A DNA stretch of 61,881 bases, filler included, from Hausera hauseri (Eukaryota): assembly GCA_046269625.1 (NCBI GenBank). It is 11 parts of 11 records of this genome, joined end to end, with 100 filler letters (N's around TTAATTAATTAA, not from the genome) between each part and the next. Parts side by side here need not be neighbours in the genome. Positions count along the whole stretch, not along the records: positions 12,301 to 17,027 come from JBJURY010459134.1; positions 17,128 to 23,590 come from JBJURY010097987.1; 9 more parts are not named here. One strand, 5' to 3'. Under the pieces are notes generated by a model. That model had not been told where the DNA came from. It worked only from the letters and a program-made list of their open reading frames with translations, and did not search any database. Shown piece by piece: positions 12,460 through 23,690 of this stretch. Made by a program: the position numbers and the translations under genes. Numbering within the stretch: the first letter of the stretch is position 1; the number at the start of each line of letters is the position of its first letter.

Positions 12460-15400
12460 ATGTGCAAACTTTACAGCGAATGCTTGGCTCAAATCAACGA
12501 GCCGGAAAATTGTTACAGTGTTATGAAGAAGTACTTTGGCCATATGTACAACAGGTTTCAGTATTATATATGCCCTACATGTGAGGTAGTGTACCAAATT
12601 AATTATAAAGACCTTTACAATGTCCGTAAACAGCACTTGATTTCCTTCACGAAATCGAAAAAACAATATGCCAATGGCGGCTTTTGTGCCACAGAAAAAT
12701 CAAAGATTCAGTTCATATGTGTATTGCATATGTGCAATACACAACCCTCAGAATTGCCGCAATGCCATGAGGAGCTATTATGGGCACAAATTCAACATTA
12801 TCATTTGATATATCTGCCCAGGATGTGAGGCTGTGTGTGATGGAGAATACATATAGTTTTATGAAGATCACAAACATAATTTGACTGATTTCGCATCAAA
12901 GTCAAAGAAGATCATCTTTAATGAACATAAGCCAGTTGCATAGCCTGCAGTACAGATAAATGCAGGACTAAAACGCGCATAGGGCGCATCAGGCGCATCA
13001 GGCGTAGCGGCTCCATCAAAGAATCAAAAACAGCGGCCAGTTGATTCTGCAGCATTAAAGAAAAAATGCCGCAAATATGTCATTGATGCAACTGATTGAA
13101 CAACCATCAAGGAGTTCCTGGAGTACACAGAGGAAGAAACAGAGGGGATTCTTCAGGACAACACAGCTGAGCTCAAGGCCATTAAGGCTAATATGAATCT
13201 TGAGGCCATGTACGTCAATTTTTATGGCGAAGAGTCCAAAAGTGCCTTCAAGACCCAAAATAGACTCATTTTTGTAGCCATAAAAATAGTAGAATGGCTG
13301 CGTGAAGAGCATGCAAAGCTGATCCATGAAGCTGACGCGAGCCAGGAAAAGAAGAACGGATGGATTCTGGCAACCATCAAGAGATTGTTTGTGTATGTTC
13401 ACAAGTACTCTCCCACGAGGGGTACTTCTTATAATTAGCTACCGGAATGGATCGCTAATAAAAAGGCATGTGTCAATGTCCATAATAATGACAACAAGTG
13501 TTTCATGTATGCCATTCTATCAAAACTCATACAGAATCAAAAATATGCAGCAGATCGAGTTTGGCTATATAATGATCTAAAGCACAACTACGACTTCCAA
13601 TGTATCACATTCCCTCTATCCTTAGATGAAATTAAGAAGTTCAGCCGAATCAACAACAATTGCATCAACATCATTGGATTGGATGAGCAGGACAAATTTT
13701 ATCCCCTGCAGATATATGATACTGAATTGGAAGATCATAGGGATCTGCCCCTACTAGACGATGGAGAAAGGAAACATTATGTTTGTATCAAGAACTTTGA
13801 GCATCTAGTCAGATCCCAAATTACGAAACATCATAGACAAATAGAAACATGTAAGCGATGCTTGACTCATTTCAGTGGTGATGCAGCAGTGGACAAATTT
13901 GCATAGCACAAGATGTACTGCAACAACAATTATTGTATCAGGCCAGAATTTCTCGAAGAGGATTATACTGAATTCAAGGAGTTCGAGAAGAAGATCAAGG
14001 TCTCAATAGTTATCTATTGCGACTTTGAAGCTATTCTACTTCCAGTTAAGAATTGCAGTCGTAATGCCCAACATAGGAGCACAACAGCATATTAATATCA
14101 TGAACTCTCATCATATTGTATGTATGCCTAAGGACTGGACAGTGAATCATTCTATTCAGGGGTTCAGGCGCAGCAGCACATTTCATGAAACGACTCAAAG
14201 AAATGACTCATAAGCTTGGAAACATGCTTCAGCAGTTTAATAATAATATGAGCATGTCGTGGAAACAAGCTGAAAAATGGCGCAGCGCAACAACATGTTA
14301 CTTGTGCTGCAAATCATTCACCAAGAAGAATCAAAAAGTCAAGGATCATTGCCATTTTACAGGCACATATTGAGGAGCAGCATGCAACAACTGCCATCTG
14401 AGTTGCAAAACATGCACCTATGTGCCTGTAGTGTTCCACAATCCCAGTGGCTATGATTCCCACTTTATTGTTCGGGAATTGGGCAACATTGATGGAAACA
14501 TTGATGTCATTCCCAATAGTGAGGAAAAATACATCACTTTCACCAAGCATGTGGGCCGCATTAGACGTCGACTCATAGACAGCTTCTGATTTATCAGCTC
14601 GTCACTGGATAGTTTAGTGAAGAACCTCCGTGCAGAAGAACTCAAGGAGTCGAAGCGGTTCTTCCCCACTGCATTTGACCTCGTCAAGAGGAATGGCGTG
14701 TTTCCATATGACTATATAACCTCATGGTGAAATACTGGATAAGACCTCATTGCCGAACAAGAAGGACTTTTACAGTGGCCTATCTGGTTAAGATATCAGC
14801 AATGCTGACTACCAGCATGCACAGAATGTCTGGCATGCATTCCAATGCCGAACATTAGGGGAATACAGCGACATATACCTCGAGACAGACGTGCTGTTGC
14901 TCACAGATGTCTTTCAAAGTTTAAGGGATGTAACAATGAAGAGCCATGCATTGGATCCAGCTCATTTCTTTACGGCCCTAGGGATGAGCTTGGCACCTAT
15001 GCTGAGATATACCGGCATAAGGCTGCAGATCATCAAGGATTACGACATGATCCATATGATCGAGAGAGGCATTAGAGGCGGAATATGCCAGGCCATTCAT
15101 CGATATAGCTAGGCCAACAACCATTATATGGCTCAGTATGATCCATCCAAGGAATCGTCATATATATCATACCTGGATGCAAACAAATTGCATGGATATG
15201 CAATGAGCGCACCATTGCCGTATGGTAACTTCAAATTGGTCGAGAATCCTGAAAGAATCCTTATATTGGACCTGGAGCCCACTGGAGATACGGACTACAT
15301 ATTGGAAATGGATACGGAATATCCTGCTTTCATGGACACAAGGCATTAACGTCTGCCTTTTCTCCCTGAGAACAGGCCTCTGCCTCATGGAAATCATAGA

Positions 15401-16353
15401 AAGCTGCACTGACATCTGGGTAATATGGAGAGGTATGTAGTTCACTACAGGCAGTTATACATGGACTTCGTATAACCAAGATCCATACAGCCCTCCAGTT
15501 CAGCTAGTCCATGTGGCTGCAGCCCTAGATAGATCTCAATAGCAAGCTTTGGACAAATGCCAAGAACGATTTTGAGAAGTACCAGTTCAAGCTTTACAAC
15601 AACTCTGTTTTTGGCAAGACGACGGACAATATCCGCAACAGGATCAACATCTAACTTGTATGTGACTGGAAGCGAGCAAAGAAGCTTATTGCCAAGCCTA
15701 ACTTCCACAGCAGCATCATATGTCCTGAGAACGTAGTCAGCATCTATATTCTAAAAACATCCTTGGTATTCAGCAAGCCCATATATGTGGGTATAGCAAT
15801 CCTCGACCTGTTAAAGACCCTGATGTATCATTACCACTACGACATCATGGTCCCCAAGTTCAAGTTCATGCAGCTGATGTATATCGATACTGGTAGTTTC
15901 ATCTATCACATCCATACAGAGGATATTTATGAGGACTTTGCCCAGTTAGCAGAGCATATGGATACCTCGGAATATCCTAAGGATCATCCCAATTATTCTA
16001 TTGGCAATAAGAAATTTTTTGGGAAATTCAAATACAATGTGGATGGGGTAATAATATCGAGATTTGTAGCTTTAAGATCTAAAATGTATGCTCTAGATGT
16101 ATGCGGCCAAGTAAAGAAGCGAGAAAAATGAATTCAAAGGGCTACATTGGCCAAGAAGATCAGTTTTGAAGACTATGTGACAGTTCTGTAGAGGCAGACA
16201 AACACTATATATAAAATGAAAAGGATCAAATCTAGGGATCATAAGGTCCAAACTGTAACCTTACAGAAGAAAAGCCTAGATTGTATGGACGACAAGAGGC
16301 AGATGCTGAGCGATGGAATCCACACACTATTACATGGGCACGTGGCATTGTAG
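12460..16353 (+). pseudogene. Near full-length Maverick/Polinton (adintovirus-like) protein-primed family B DNA polymerase, with many stops and frameshifts
   Basis: KYSPTRGTSY, IYCDFEAIL (Exo I), CYLC...KVKDHCHFTGTY*GAAC (endonuclease-VII-like insert), FHNPSGYDSH, GIRGGI, YLDANKLHG (motif A), [11 protein letters not shown] (motif B), YIDTGS (motif C), LRSKMY, DDKR. AATAAA follows at about 16385. Confidence 0.93.
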
Positions 16354-16559
16354 ATATTGTTATTCTTTCTTATACTTTTGTATAATAAATGTTGTATAGA
16401 AATATCGTGTTGTCTTCTTCATCAAGTAATGTGGGATATGGGATAAGGCCAAGTAAAACTAAGTAACTACTATAGAGGATAAGACCAACTAATTCTTTGC
16501 TATAGTTACCAATTTACCACATTCATATGCACATATTTGCAATTTTAGAAATATGCTAT

Positions 16560-16850
16560 TAAATATCTTCTTCTTTCGCCCATCAGCATGATCTTTGCAT
16601 AGAACATGGATTCATTTATATCACACATTCCCAATATCTAGAATAAGGCAATTTCTGCAAAACTGGGTATTATATTCTTCCCAAGCCAGTTTGTGATGAT
16701 GGTTTGCCATATAAGCATTTGTTTTTTGAGCCTTGTTTGTGCAACAATGTAGTGTAGGCCTAAAAATAGCATAAATCACATGTACTATACTAACATTCAC
16801 TTACGCAAATACACAGTGTAGTGGATGAAACATATTATCCACGGGCATTA
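16560..16850 (-). pseudogene. Small spliced Cys/His-rich accessory gene remnant, convergent with PolB
   Basis: GTAAGT...TTTTAG 45-nt intron (16760-16804). Exon reads CCTNKAQKTNAYMANHHHKLAWEEYNTQFCRNCLILDIGNV*YK*IHVLCKDHADGRKKKIF. Confidence 0.4.
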
Positions 16851-17139
16851 TACATAGCTCCTTTATGATATATTAATTATTATTATCCACGAATCCCTCC
16901 AAGTCAATAAATAAGACAGACATTATTTCAACAATAACATTTATTAACACAACAACGTTTATAACAATTTTATGTACATTGGCGTCTAAGCCAGTCCACA
17001 CAATAATTCCCACATAGAAATGTCAATNNNNNNNNNNNNNNNNNNNNNNNNNNNNNNNNNNNNNNNNNNNNTTAATTAATTAANNNNNNNNNNNNNNNNN
17101 NNNNNNNNNNNNNNNNNNNNNNNNNNNTGAGACACCCCG

Positions 17140-18130
17140 CGACTGTCCTTTGCGTCACAGTTTTAATCTATTCCTAATTTATTATGGTTCACTAGAAATA
17201 TTTGTTTTGAAACTGTGTATCGTAGCAATAAACGAACCATATGAGAAAAGAATTACCGGAATAATTCTCCTTTATGGAATACGATTAGTTGACGGTATTT
17301 TTATGGCTTTCAACATTATATTGAGTATTAAAACAAAACATTTCTACTATACAATGAGGAACCATTTCTATGTTGTCGATATAAAACATGGTAATGTGAT
17401 ATACACACTTGTTTCCCGTTTTTATATTTGGGTCGATCGGATTTTTTTTTCGATTTATATATATTGATGAACGAACCGTCATAGAAAACGGTATGGTTGG
17501 GTTGCTTGTAATCATTTATCTTGAATATGTACTGGTAATTATTATTTCGGTGTCCATTTTTATTATTGTTATTGAATACGGAAGAAAGAAATTCAGTGTA
17601 TTCAAGCATGACGAATGCAACAATGAGATGATAAAACTAATCAATCAAAACAGATTTACAATACTCTTAACTGTGGGATCATTGTTCTTTTCCGTTTATT
17701 GTTTTACCCTCATATCGAGTTACGAATGTTTAGTCATGCTCAATTTTAGGAATAAAAAATATATCAAAGGATAATTATCAATATCAACTGACGGTATTAG
17801 CTCTCATATCAGTGACCACTGTTTCAATGTTCTATTTACTCTATCGACTGAAGGGTTACGTTTTATATAAAGCTCACAATAATATTGTGGAAATTACTTT
17901 TACCCGATCAATAACAGAAAATATTTCCTTGACCAAATATATCCTGGTCAACAGTTTCATTTGTTGTACTATCTCCTGTTTGTTGTTCTTTTATTGCATG
18001 AAGTTCAGTCGGAAAGATTTTCATTTCTTGGTGAATTACGGCATGAAATGTATTCCGAATACGTTGGGTATTGTCGTGAGTGCTATATTGTTATTCGAAA
18101 TGAAATTCTGGTCTGTTGTCAAACGTAGAC
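17140..18130 (+). pseudogene. Degraded multi-pass membrane protein fragment, possibly Frizzled/Smoothened-like 7TM
   Basis: Successive hydrophobic helices across three frameshifted ORFs. FLIYYG, EMIKLINQNRFTILLTV, SSYE and MKCIPNTLGIVVS fall in Frizzled-like order; the similarity is weak. Confidence 0.3.
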
Positions 18131-18975
18131 ATAATATTTTACATTCATGTCTAATCTACAGTGGTTTTTGCGGAACGGTACTAAAGTGCTTCTCGCAGTT
18201 AGCATTCGTAGTTAACACCATAAGTGCCGATAAACATCAAATGTTACCTTACGTCATTGCCATGGAAAATACATGTCACTTAGATAACTAGTACGCTACC
18301 CATTGTCAACTGCTCGAACAATTGTACGAACTACTCGTCAGTTCAAATTTAGACGTTGCTGTACTACCCCGATATTATAAGCATCTCATCTTACGGTTGA
18401 TTCCCGTTTTTGAAATTATTATATCATCATTGGCTTATATTTCTCAAATTCTTTACCTTCGCTAGCAAATTATTTAATTTCCACAGTCATCCACTTTATT
18501 TCTCCTTTGTTCTTATTCGTCTTCAATCAACATGGAGTTTTGACAATCGTATAGTAATGCAAATTCTCGTCCGACATATTCTTTACGAACACCAGACAAT
18601 ATGTAAATCTTTTCCGTACGTTAGTTGGCGATATGATAATATTTCATCGCCATTCGCACGAGTAATTTATTATACCGTTAGTTACTTTCGGAAATTTATT
18701 GAACCGTGTGTCGAAAGTGAAGGTCAATTTTTTTGGCCTGTCATATGTCTGGAGCCCTTATCGGTCGACTCTATTCAGATAAAACTGGAAAGTTCATTGA
18801 GTTTTAGGCCGAATTGTATTGTTGTCTGGCATTTTTACCTAGGAGTCCGTCTATAGTTTACATGGATACGATCGCTGATCCTATGCATCACATCAAATAT
18901 AATCATGCTGGCCATGGGGTATTTCTCTATGTCAGTACTATTAACAACATACTGCAAATGTGGGCTATGTATTAA

Positions 18976-21108
18976 TTGATTATGTTTTACCGATGCACAA
19001 AGGTTGAATTGAAATCGCTGAAACAGGTTCCGAAATTCATTTGCGTGAAATTCGTTGTTTTTCTGCCTTTCTGGCAGTCCATTGTTTTTACTATTCTTTC
19101 ATGGACCAAAGTCATTGATAAAGTTGAAGCATGGGAACTTTATAAATCCGAAGAAATATCTTCTAGATTCAAAAATTTTTTTATTTGTATAGAAATGTTC
19201 TTCGCAGCAATTGCTCATCACTTTTCTTTTTTCGTTCATCCCTACCAAAGAAATAATGAATACGGTCAACAACTATGTTGTTATTCTTGTCTGGCCATCT
19301 GTGACGTCTCAGATGTTAAAAGAGACTTGTTCTGTTTTTGTGGTTCCACAAACTGTCGCGGTTTTTCCGAATTTACAAAGTTAGTGCCATCGGATCTATT
19401 TAAAGTGTTCATCTCTCCAACGAATAGTCCCACGAACTTTATTGTGGAACATCACATCACTTTACCATCCGCTGACGCCTTCCTATCGACTACGGAAGTT
19501 CCACCTTCAGACGAAAAAGTAATATCGTTCAACGAGAAACAGAGTGTGGACGTTATAGTCAACTCTGAATCCGCTATTATTGCAATGCAACCACCGATTG
19601 ACAACATGTGCATCGACGATGAGTTGTCGAAAAGCTGTGAGCACGAGAATTTCTGTTTCCGATGTTTTGATGGTGGCGATTTGACCCACTGCAAAAAAAA
19701 CGAATGTCCGAAAACATATCAAATTTCATTTCTCGGATTTCGTAGGGCACCTACCGGCACCTGGTTCTGTATGAGGCACTTCTGTGATGTGTGCGGTATT
19801 CCTTCGACGATGTTCTGTGTTGAAAGTCCTTGGTCCTCACGTGCGCTCCATCAAACTGATCGAATGCCACCGCTGACTACCGTTCGTGTCGTGCCGACGT
19901 GTCTTGTTAATAAGCCGACGGATATTGTTCGAAACTGGTACTGTTCTAGTAACGAAACTGATAAATTACATTACGTTAAACAAATACAGTTTCAAGGGAT
20001 TAATAAAAGTTTTATCGGACAAGGCCGATCCAGTAATTTTAAAATATACAACTTGGATACGATGAAACTAATAGACATAAAAGAAGTTGTTATCATTAAA
20101 CCTTATACTCATGACTCATTCGATTACAACATACTCTTTAATTCAAACCATTCATCATTCATCGAATATTATGGCGTTGAATCCAGTCTCAGTCAGTTTC
20201 GAATATTTACCGAACACTGCGATAGTGGTTTGCTACCCGAAATAACTATAATTGATACCCCTGATTTTATCATCAGACAACGGACAAAACAGATTCTAAA
20301 GGCGTTTGTATATTTGCATGACAATCAAATTGTTCATAGTGATATCAAGCCCGATAATATATTTTTAGTAATGGTCGAGGATACCACTATGTGCCACGCA
20401 AAACCTGGCAACTTTGGAGTTATGAAATACTTAAACAATCATATAGTTATTCTTCAGGAAATTACTAGTACTATAAGGTACATAGCTCCTGAGGTTGTAA
20501 TCGTTGATAGTGCTAAAAATGTACCGAAAACAGGATATAATCATAAAATTGACCTTAGGTCAGTGGAGTGCGTTACACTTTCCATTGTAACTGGACACAG
20601 CCCCTGGTCTGATACACAGCAAGTTATTCTTTATTATAACTTAGAATGGAACAAAAAACCAAACATATCCCAAATTAATGACAGAATGTCCAAAGAAGCT
20701 TACGATTATACTACCGGTTGTTTTGTTGTAAACGCAGACGATCGATGGGACACACTAGGTACACGGCACGACGTTATTTCTTTCATAATATTCTTATTTA
20801 TGCCCATTTCGAATAGTTCAATCCCATTGGACGTTTTCAGTAAATATACCACTAGTATTTACGCAGGCATTCATGGAATAGAAGCTGGCCAAAACTTAAG
20901 TATTACAGTTTCTGTTTGCTGCTCCAATTTTACTAAATTCATTACCGGGCAGTTTTTGCAATATCGTATTTCCTCTTTGTTTTTATCGATTCTATTCGTT
21001 TCCTTTCGTTTTGAAATTGTGAAATGCATTTGTTACCCAGCAAAGACATTCGTTAGTGACATTATTTGCAAATATTTCGACACACTTCCATCTTCGTTGC
21101 GATTCTAA
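18976..21108 (+). CDS. 710-aa chimeric ORF: TMEM184C-like C-terminal half + NSD-type post-SET and PHD-C5HCH + MAP3K4/MEKK4-like degenerate kinase; probably a non-functional mosaic
   Basis: KFICVKFVVFLPFWQ...FFICIEMFFAAIAHHFSF..PY (TMEM184); CFCGSTNCRGF and CFRCFDGGDL..C....CPKTY...W.CMRHFCDVC (NSD); YYGVE, EHCDSG, HSDIKPDNIF, GNFG, YIAPEV, VTGHSPW (kinase). TMEM184 similarity continues upstream through the stop at 18973 to about 18700. Confidence 0.8.
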   Translation: MIMFYRCTKVELKSLKQVPKFICVKFVVFLPFWQSIVFTILSWTKVIDKVEAWELYKSEEISSRFKNFFICIEMFFAAIAHHFSFFVHPYQRNNEYGQQLCCYSCLAICDVSDVKRDLFCFCGSTNCRGFSEFTKLVPSDLFKVFISPTNSPTNFIVEHHITLPSADAFLSTTEVPPSDEKVISFNEKQSVDVIVNSESAIIAMQPPIDNMCIDDELSKSCEHENFCFRCFDGGDLTHCKKNECPKTYQISFLGFRRAPTGTWFCMRHFCDVCGIPSTMFCVESPWSSRALHQTDRMPPLTTVRVVPTCLVNKPTDIVRNWYCSSNETDKLHYVKQIQFQGINKSFIGQGRSSNFKIYNLDTMKLIDIKEVVIIKPYTHDSFDYNILFNSNHSSFIEYYGVESSLSQFRIFTEHCDSGLLPEITIIDTPDFIIRQRTKQILKAFVYLHDNQIVHSDIKPDNIFLVMVEDTTMCHAKPGNFGVMKYLNNHIVILQEITSTIRYIAPEVVIVDSAKNVPKTGYNHKIDLRSVECVTLSIVTGHSPWSDTQQVILYYNLEWNKKPNISQINDRMSKEAYDYTTGCFVVNADDRWDTLGTRHDVISFIIFLFMPISNSSIPLDVFSKYTTSIYAGIHGIEAGQNLSITVSVCCSNFTKFITGQFLQYRISSLFLSILFVSFRFEIVKCICYPAKTFVSDIICKYFDTLPSSLRF

Positions 21109-21619
21109 ATTATTTGAGCAAAATACTTCTTTTCTCTATTCCTCAGATCATACATTTAATTTATTCCATTCAACCGTTGTTTCACTTCATTCTTTGTCCA
21201 CGACATGGTTTTTAGAAATACCTTGCACTCGCAAGAATTTGTGAACTTCATGACGGCCACATAGAAATTAAGGAAGTGGTCCAGGCATCTCATTCTCTTG
21301 AGTTGCAAACAAACCAAGGCATGATAAACCAATCAACCTTTTATACTACATCCATGAGTCCCAGGCTATGGTCTGTTTTGTCACCACACCAACCACTTGA
21401 GTTTACACTGACTATTTCTTTTTTATTCTTTCTAAACAATCACCATTTACTGACACACAGAATGCCAAATTCGATAGATGCATCCTACCTACACAACTAC
21501 GTACTACACGTCGCCAACATCTCTGATTTTTATCTCACGTACAATAAGCTGCCAATAACTAACGCCAACCTCTGTAATATTTTTGTATCTTTAACTCATT
21601 GCATCGTCATTCACATGCA

Positions 21620-23590
21620 CATTCGCATACGTGGTGGAATGGAATCTTTACCTACCATTAACACCATTGACAGAAATACCTCCAAGATATCACATTTTGC
21701 GTTCAACCAAAAATTGTCGATCGTTACCACGCCATCTTCTTTCAGTAGTTATGCTTCTTCAACCTCACCAGTCAAACACGCTTCTCAGTGCAGGGAGTAT
21801 TTTATTGACCACGAACAGTGTAACAAAACGTGGCTTAGCTTCCACAAACTTTGGCTGCAATCTAACAACATCACTGATCCTGTACCTAATGTCCATAACC
21901 TGCTTTGTCTTCTACCAACAACTGTAAAAACGGCCATCCGTGATCTGCTAGATATCTTCCAGAAAACTGATCCATATACCCGTCTTTACAACGCCGTTTT
22001 GAAACTTACGGAACCATCTATGGACTCAATAATACACCGTTTCTTCAACGACAATGCAATGGGGACGCAGAAACCATCTGATTTCCTCAGAACTTCACTC
22101 GTGCAACTTCAAACACTTGGCGTGACTAAACAACATAACGCCGATCTTTTGCGACGTTACTTCCTGAACGCATTGCCTATACAAATTAGGGCCTTACTTA
22201 CTGTAATTGAAGAATCGACAACACTTGATAAATTGGCCGAACTGGCGGACAAAACATACGAGGTTTTGAACGCACACAATCAACCGGCCATTTCTGCAAC
22301 AGTTACTACCAACAACGTTACACTCGAACAACAGTTAAACGAATTACGCCGAAAATGCGGCACTCCATCACATCATCAACACTATCAATGATAAATTGAA
22401 TAATCTTTCTTTACATCGTCGTAATGTGCCTTCGACTAATCGAATGCGTTCTCCTTCCAGAAATCGAACACAGTCACCTACGAGGTCTCTCGTATGCTAC
22501 TACCACACCAAGTTTGATAACAATGCAAATAAATGTTGCTTAGATTTTAAATATTATTCGCAAAATCTAGATTCAAATAATATAATTTGCATCTATCATG
22601 CAAAATTCGGGTCTAATGCTCGTTGTTGTATTTCTGGCTGTACATACAAAACTAACAAAAACGATATACGTACCAACGTCTCTAGTAGTAGCCGTTCTAA
22701 CTCACCAATCCAAAAAACTGACTTTGCCGCCAGTATTCTCGGCAGATCCTGTCAATGGCAACCTATCTAATTCTTTAAGCCGACACGTTTCATTTGCCGT
22801 TTTCACATTAAAAGCTACTATCACCAATCCTAACATTCAATCCATAGATTTTCTCATCAATACTGGTGCAGCGATATCACTGCTTCCATTTTCTTTTCCC
22901 ATTCAACATGCTTCATCTAAAATAAAGCCTTTATACACTGCATTTGGTCAAGCCCTTTGTGTCGCCGGAACCTGCAAACTTTCTTTCACTCTACAAAATT
23001 TTTCTTCGTCATTTCATTGGACGTTTACAGTCGCTAACGTCCAGACTGCAATACTTGGCTCAGATTTCCTTTCACATTACAATCTACTAGTCGATTGTAA
23101 ACGACGCTGTTTGAAAGCAAATACATCTGAAAGCCTTAATACAAAAATAGACAACATCACAACGGTAACACAATCTACGTTCAATAAGCCATCTATTTTA
23201 AAACACTCGGTATTTCGTTCTAATCCCAATAACGATCTGATATTTTCTGTAAAATCACTAAACACTAACACTTACTCAAACGCGGTTCCGGAACAGACAA
23301 TCCTACTTCAGGCTCTACTTGATTCCTCATCAACAACTAATCATCATATATCAAGTAATGCTAGCAATCTCGGTTCATTATCAGTTACAACATTGCAACA
23401 GCTACCCACAAGTTTACAACAATTTATTCATACTTCTTGCCCTCAGATACTTCAGAAAGATAGGAATTTCATTCCAGTAAATAGCATTTACCACCATATA
23501 ATTACAACACATTAAAGGCCAATAAGACAAAAGGTCCGTCCATTGTCACCGCGACGCAGACAGGCAGTAGAAGCTGAATTTATGGAACTA
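21620..23590 (+). mobile_element. Ty3/Gypsy retrotransposon 5' part (gag, protease, start of RT); same family as 6402-10100; cut by contig end
   Basis: Gag DPYTRL...MGTQKPSDFLR...FLNALP..IR...LDKLAELADK; CYYHTKF and CIYHAKFG motifs; protease FLINTGAAISLLP, ILGSDFLSHYNLLVD. Confidence 0.92.
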
Positions 23591-23690
23591 NNNNNNNNNN
23601 NNNNNNNNNNNNNNNNNNNNNNNNNNNNNNNNNNTTAATTAATTAANNNNNNNNNNNNNNNNNNNNNNNNNNNNNNNNNNNNNNNNNNNN

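Noticed and set aside
20750-21108. Transmembrane C-terminal domain of the 710-aa ORF (also ORF 18410-18640)
   Set aside because: The hydrophobicity looks like the antisense shadow of K/E-rich minus-strand fragments
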